Notes under the pieces: model-generated | Database searches by the model: none | Seen by the model: only the letters and a program-made list of their open reading frames with translations | Told to the model about the DNA's origin: nothing | Source: Candidatus Nomurabacteria bacterium | Lineage (GTDB): Bacteria > Patescibacteriota > Minisyncoccia > Phycocordibacterales > UBA5272 | Assembly: GCA_037130925.1 (NCBI GenBank) | Contig: JBAXSC010000003.1 | Location: forward strand, 18,712 to 82,711 | Direction of reading: 5' to 3' | Length of the DNA: 64,000 bases | Translations under genes and position numbers: made by a program | Shown here: positions 62,241 through 64,000 of the stretch, one piece after another | How positions within the stretch are numbered: position 1 is the first letter of the stretch | How the letters are laid out: each line of letters starts with the position of its first letter

Positions 62241-63155
62241 ATGCATATTCCTGTTTTAATAAAAGAAAGTATTAGAGAAATGAATCTCAAAGAAGGCGAT
62301 ATTGCTGTAGATTGTACTACAAATAGAGCGGGTCATTCACTTGAGATTGCAAAAGTTATAGGAAAAAATGGGACTTTATTCTGTTTTGATTTAGATAATT
62401 CTGCTTTGAAAGAAGCAAAAATATTTTTAGAAGAAAATTTATCAAAAGAAAAATTACCAAAAATTTTTTATATAAATGATAATTTTAGAAATCTAGAAAA
62501 TGTTTTAAAGGAAAATCTACAAGACAAAAAAGTTGACGCTATTCTAGCTGATCTTGGTCTCTCATCACAAGAAATAGATGATTCTGGTAGAGGATTTACT
62601 TTTCAAAAAGATGAGCCTTTATTAATGACTCTAAAAGATAATGTTGACGAAGACGCTCTTACAGCAGAAAAAATAGTAAATATTTGGAATGAAGAAAATC
62701 TTGCTGATATAATTTTCTATTATGGAGATGAGAGGTATGCGAGAAGAATAGCCAAAAAAATCTGTGAAGACAGAAAGAAGAAATATATAAATACCACTTT
62801 CGATTTAATAAAAGTTATTTCAGAGGCTGTTCCTGAAAAATATAAAAATAGTAGAATTCATTTTGCTACAAAAACTTTTCAAGCTCTTCGTATGACTGTG
62901 AATGACGAACTAAAAGCAGAAGAAGATTTATTAGAATCTTTACCAAAAGTTTTAAGAGAAAAAGGTAGAGCAAGTATTATAACTTTCCATTCTGGTGAAG
63001 ATAGAATTGTGAAAAATGTAACAAGAAATAATAAAGAAGAATTAAAGTTGGTAAAATTTGAAAACAAAAAAGATTTTTTAGAGCCATCTAGAGAAGAAAT
63101 AAGAGAAAACCCGAGATCTAGAAGTGCAAAACTTAGAATTATAGAAAAAATTTAA
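62241..63155 (+). CDS. rsmH: 16S rRNA (cytosine1402-N4)-methyltransferase
   Basis: HIPVLIKE, DCTTNRAGHS, ADLGLSSQEID, SGEDRIVK motifs. Confidence 0.9.
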   Translation: MHIPVLIKESIREMNLKEGDIAVDCTTNRAGHSLEIAKVIGKNGTLFCFDLDNSALKEAKIFLEENLSKEKLPKIFYINDNFRNLENVLKENLQDKKVDAILADLGLSSQEIDDSGRGFTFQKDEPLLMTLKDNVDEDALTAEKIVNIWNEENLADIIFYYGDERYARRIAKKICEDRKKKYINTTFDLIKVISEAVPEKYKNSRIHFATKTFQALRMTVNDELKAEEDLLESLPKVLREKGRASIITFHSGEDRIVKNVTRNNKEELKLVKFENKKDFLEPSREEIRENPRSRSAKLRIIEKI

Positions 63156-63161
63156 TAAAAT

Positions 63162-63566
63162 ATGCAAATCAGCGCAACACAATTAAATAAAGATAGACTG
63201 ACTGGTAACAAGTTATTTTTACATAACTTTAAGAATTTTTCTACCACAAGTCCTAAAATTTCATTAAGAATGCATATTGTGCATGCTCTGCTTGCTATAC
63301 TAGCTATTTTAAGTATTACTTATATAGTTTTAGTAATTTCTATAATTTTTAATATTATTAGTAAAAAAGAATCTCTTGCTGAGATTAATAATACTAACTT
63401 TACTATTGCAAAAATAGAAAAGAAATATAATTTTGCAGTGACAAATTTAACAAAAGATTTTGCTTTGACAAATGGATATGTTGATGCGGGTAATAATAGT
63501 TTTATTTCAAGAAAAGATTCAGCGGCTAGTTTATCTTTCCTTTATGAGGGAAAGTCTAATCAATAA
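63162..63566 (+). CDS. FtsL-like single-pass division protein
   Basis: 134 aa with one TM helix, in the position between rsmH and ftsI. Confidence 0.4.
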   Translation: MQISATQLNKDRLTGNKLFLHNFKNFSTTSPKISLRMHIVHALLAILAILSITYIVLVISIIFNIISKKESLAEINNTNFTIAKIEKKYNFAVTNLTKDFALTNGYVDAGNNSFISRKDSAASLSFLYEGKSNQ

Positions 63567-63583
63567 TATATTATAATTAAATA

Positions 63584-64000
63584 ATGAGTATCAGTAATAA
63601 AAGAATAAATATTTTTGTATTTATAATACTCTTCATTTTTGCATTGATTGGAGTGAGACTTTTTTATTTACAGGTTGTACACGGAGAGGATTATCGTAGA
63701 GAAGGACAAGATCAATATTTTTATACTACAGGAGATAATTTTGACCGTGGTGCGATAAATTTTGCTAATAAAGATGGTTCTTCAGCTGTAGCTGTACAGA
63801 TGACGAATGAATACGATATTGATATAGATCCAAAAACAGCAGCAAGTGATTTATCTTCAAAAATCACTTCAAATAAAACTGAGAATGATTTACAAAAAGA
63901 AATTTATAATAAATTAGCAAATGCTTTTTCAAAATTTTCTTCAGAAACTGTAATTTCTTCCACTACAGCTAGTACGACAGACAATATTTTGGTTGATGAA
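63584..64000 (+). CDS. ftsI: Penicillin-binding protein FtsI-like, 5' partial (runs off the window)
   Basis: ATG 63584, open to the window end; MSISNKRINIFVFIILFIFALIGVRLFYLQVVHGEDYR is a typical class B PBP N-terminus; dcw-cluster position. Confidence 0.7.
   Translation, partial: MSISNKRINIFVFIILFIFALIGVRLFYLQVVHGEDYRREGQDQYFYTTGDNFDRGAINFANKDGSSAVAVQMTNEYDIDIDPKTAASDLSSKITSNKTENDLQKEIYNKLANAFSKFSSETVISSTTASTTDNILVDE

Noticed and set aside
1-64000. Alternative genetic code (UGA read as an amino acid, as in some CPR lineages)
   Set aside because: All long conserved genes (gatA, secA, rnj, lysS, mreB, mrdA and others) are intact under the standard code, and several ORFs end at TGA. There is no sign of recoding.
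1-64000. CRISPR arrays, rRNA genes, IS-type transposases, long tandem repeats
   Set aside because: I scanned for regularly spaced direct repeats and for rRNA or transposase signatures and saw none. The only recombinase is the serine integrase at 38984-40720.

Overview
This is very AT-rich, tightly packed bacterial DNA read in the standard code: every conserved gene is intact with UGA as a stop. Housekeeping genes (gatA, a short uvrC, class I RNR, RNase J, secG, tsaD, rlmH, secA, murF-like, mreB-mreC-mrdA, greA, lysS, mraZ-rsmH-ftsL-ftsI) are interleaved with many small orphan or secreted proteins. Start codons almost never have a Shine-Dalgarno motif, and promoters are strong extended -10 elements. 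That picture fits a small-genome Patescibacteria/CPR-type organism (inference). I find four tRNAs: Val-GAC, Glu-CUC, Ser-GCU and a second Ser-type tRNA whose anticodon reads ACU. I see no rRNA, CRISPR array or IS transposase. The main item is a ~6.9-kb insertion (33731-40680) at the 3' end of tRNA-Val. It is bounded by a 9-bp direct repeat and carries a large serine recombinase whose ORF runs across the junction into the tRNA. Joining the two island ends reconstructs a dyad-symmetric attP-like site. The cargo has three parts. First, a structured RNA delimited by a promoter and a terminator. Second, a T4-Imm-like/SHOCT membrane protein with a TM/PH-like partner. Third, a five-gene cassette: a cytoplasmic trypsin-like protease, a small beta-repeat protein, an HEPN Rx4H + zinc-ribbon protein and two orphans. 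I read this cassette as a candidate undescribed defence or abortive-infection module. Secondary observations include an ATP-cone fused to NrdB, a bacterial Elp3 homologue, SET and NADAR proteins, a recurrent 11-mer promoter, leaderless starts, phased MraZ boxes, a palindromic operator pair and several structured leaders. All coordinates were derived by hand and may be off by a few nt for non-CDS features.
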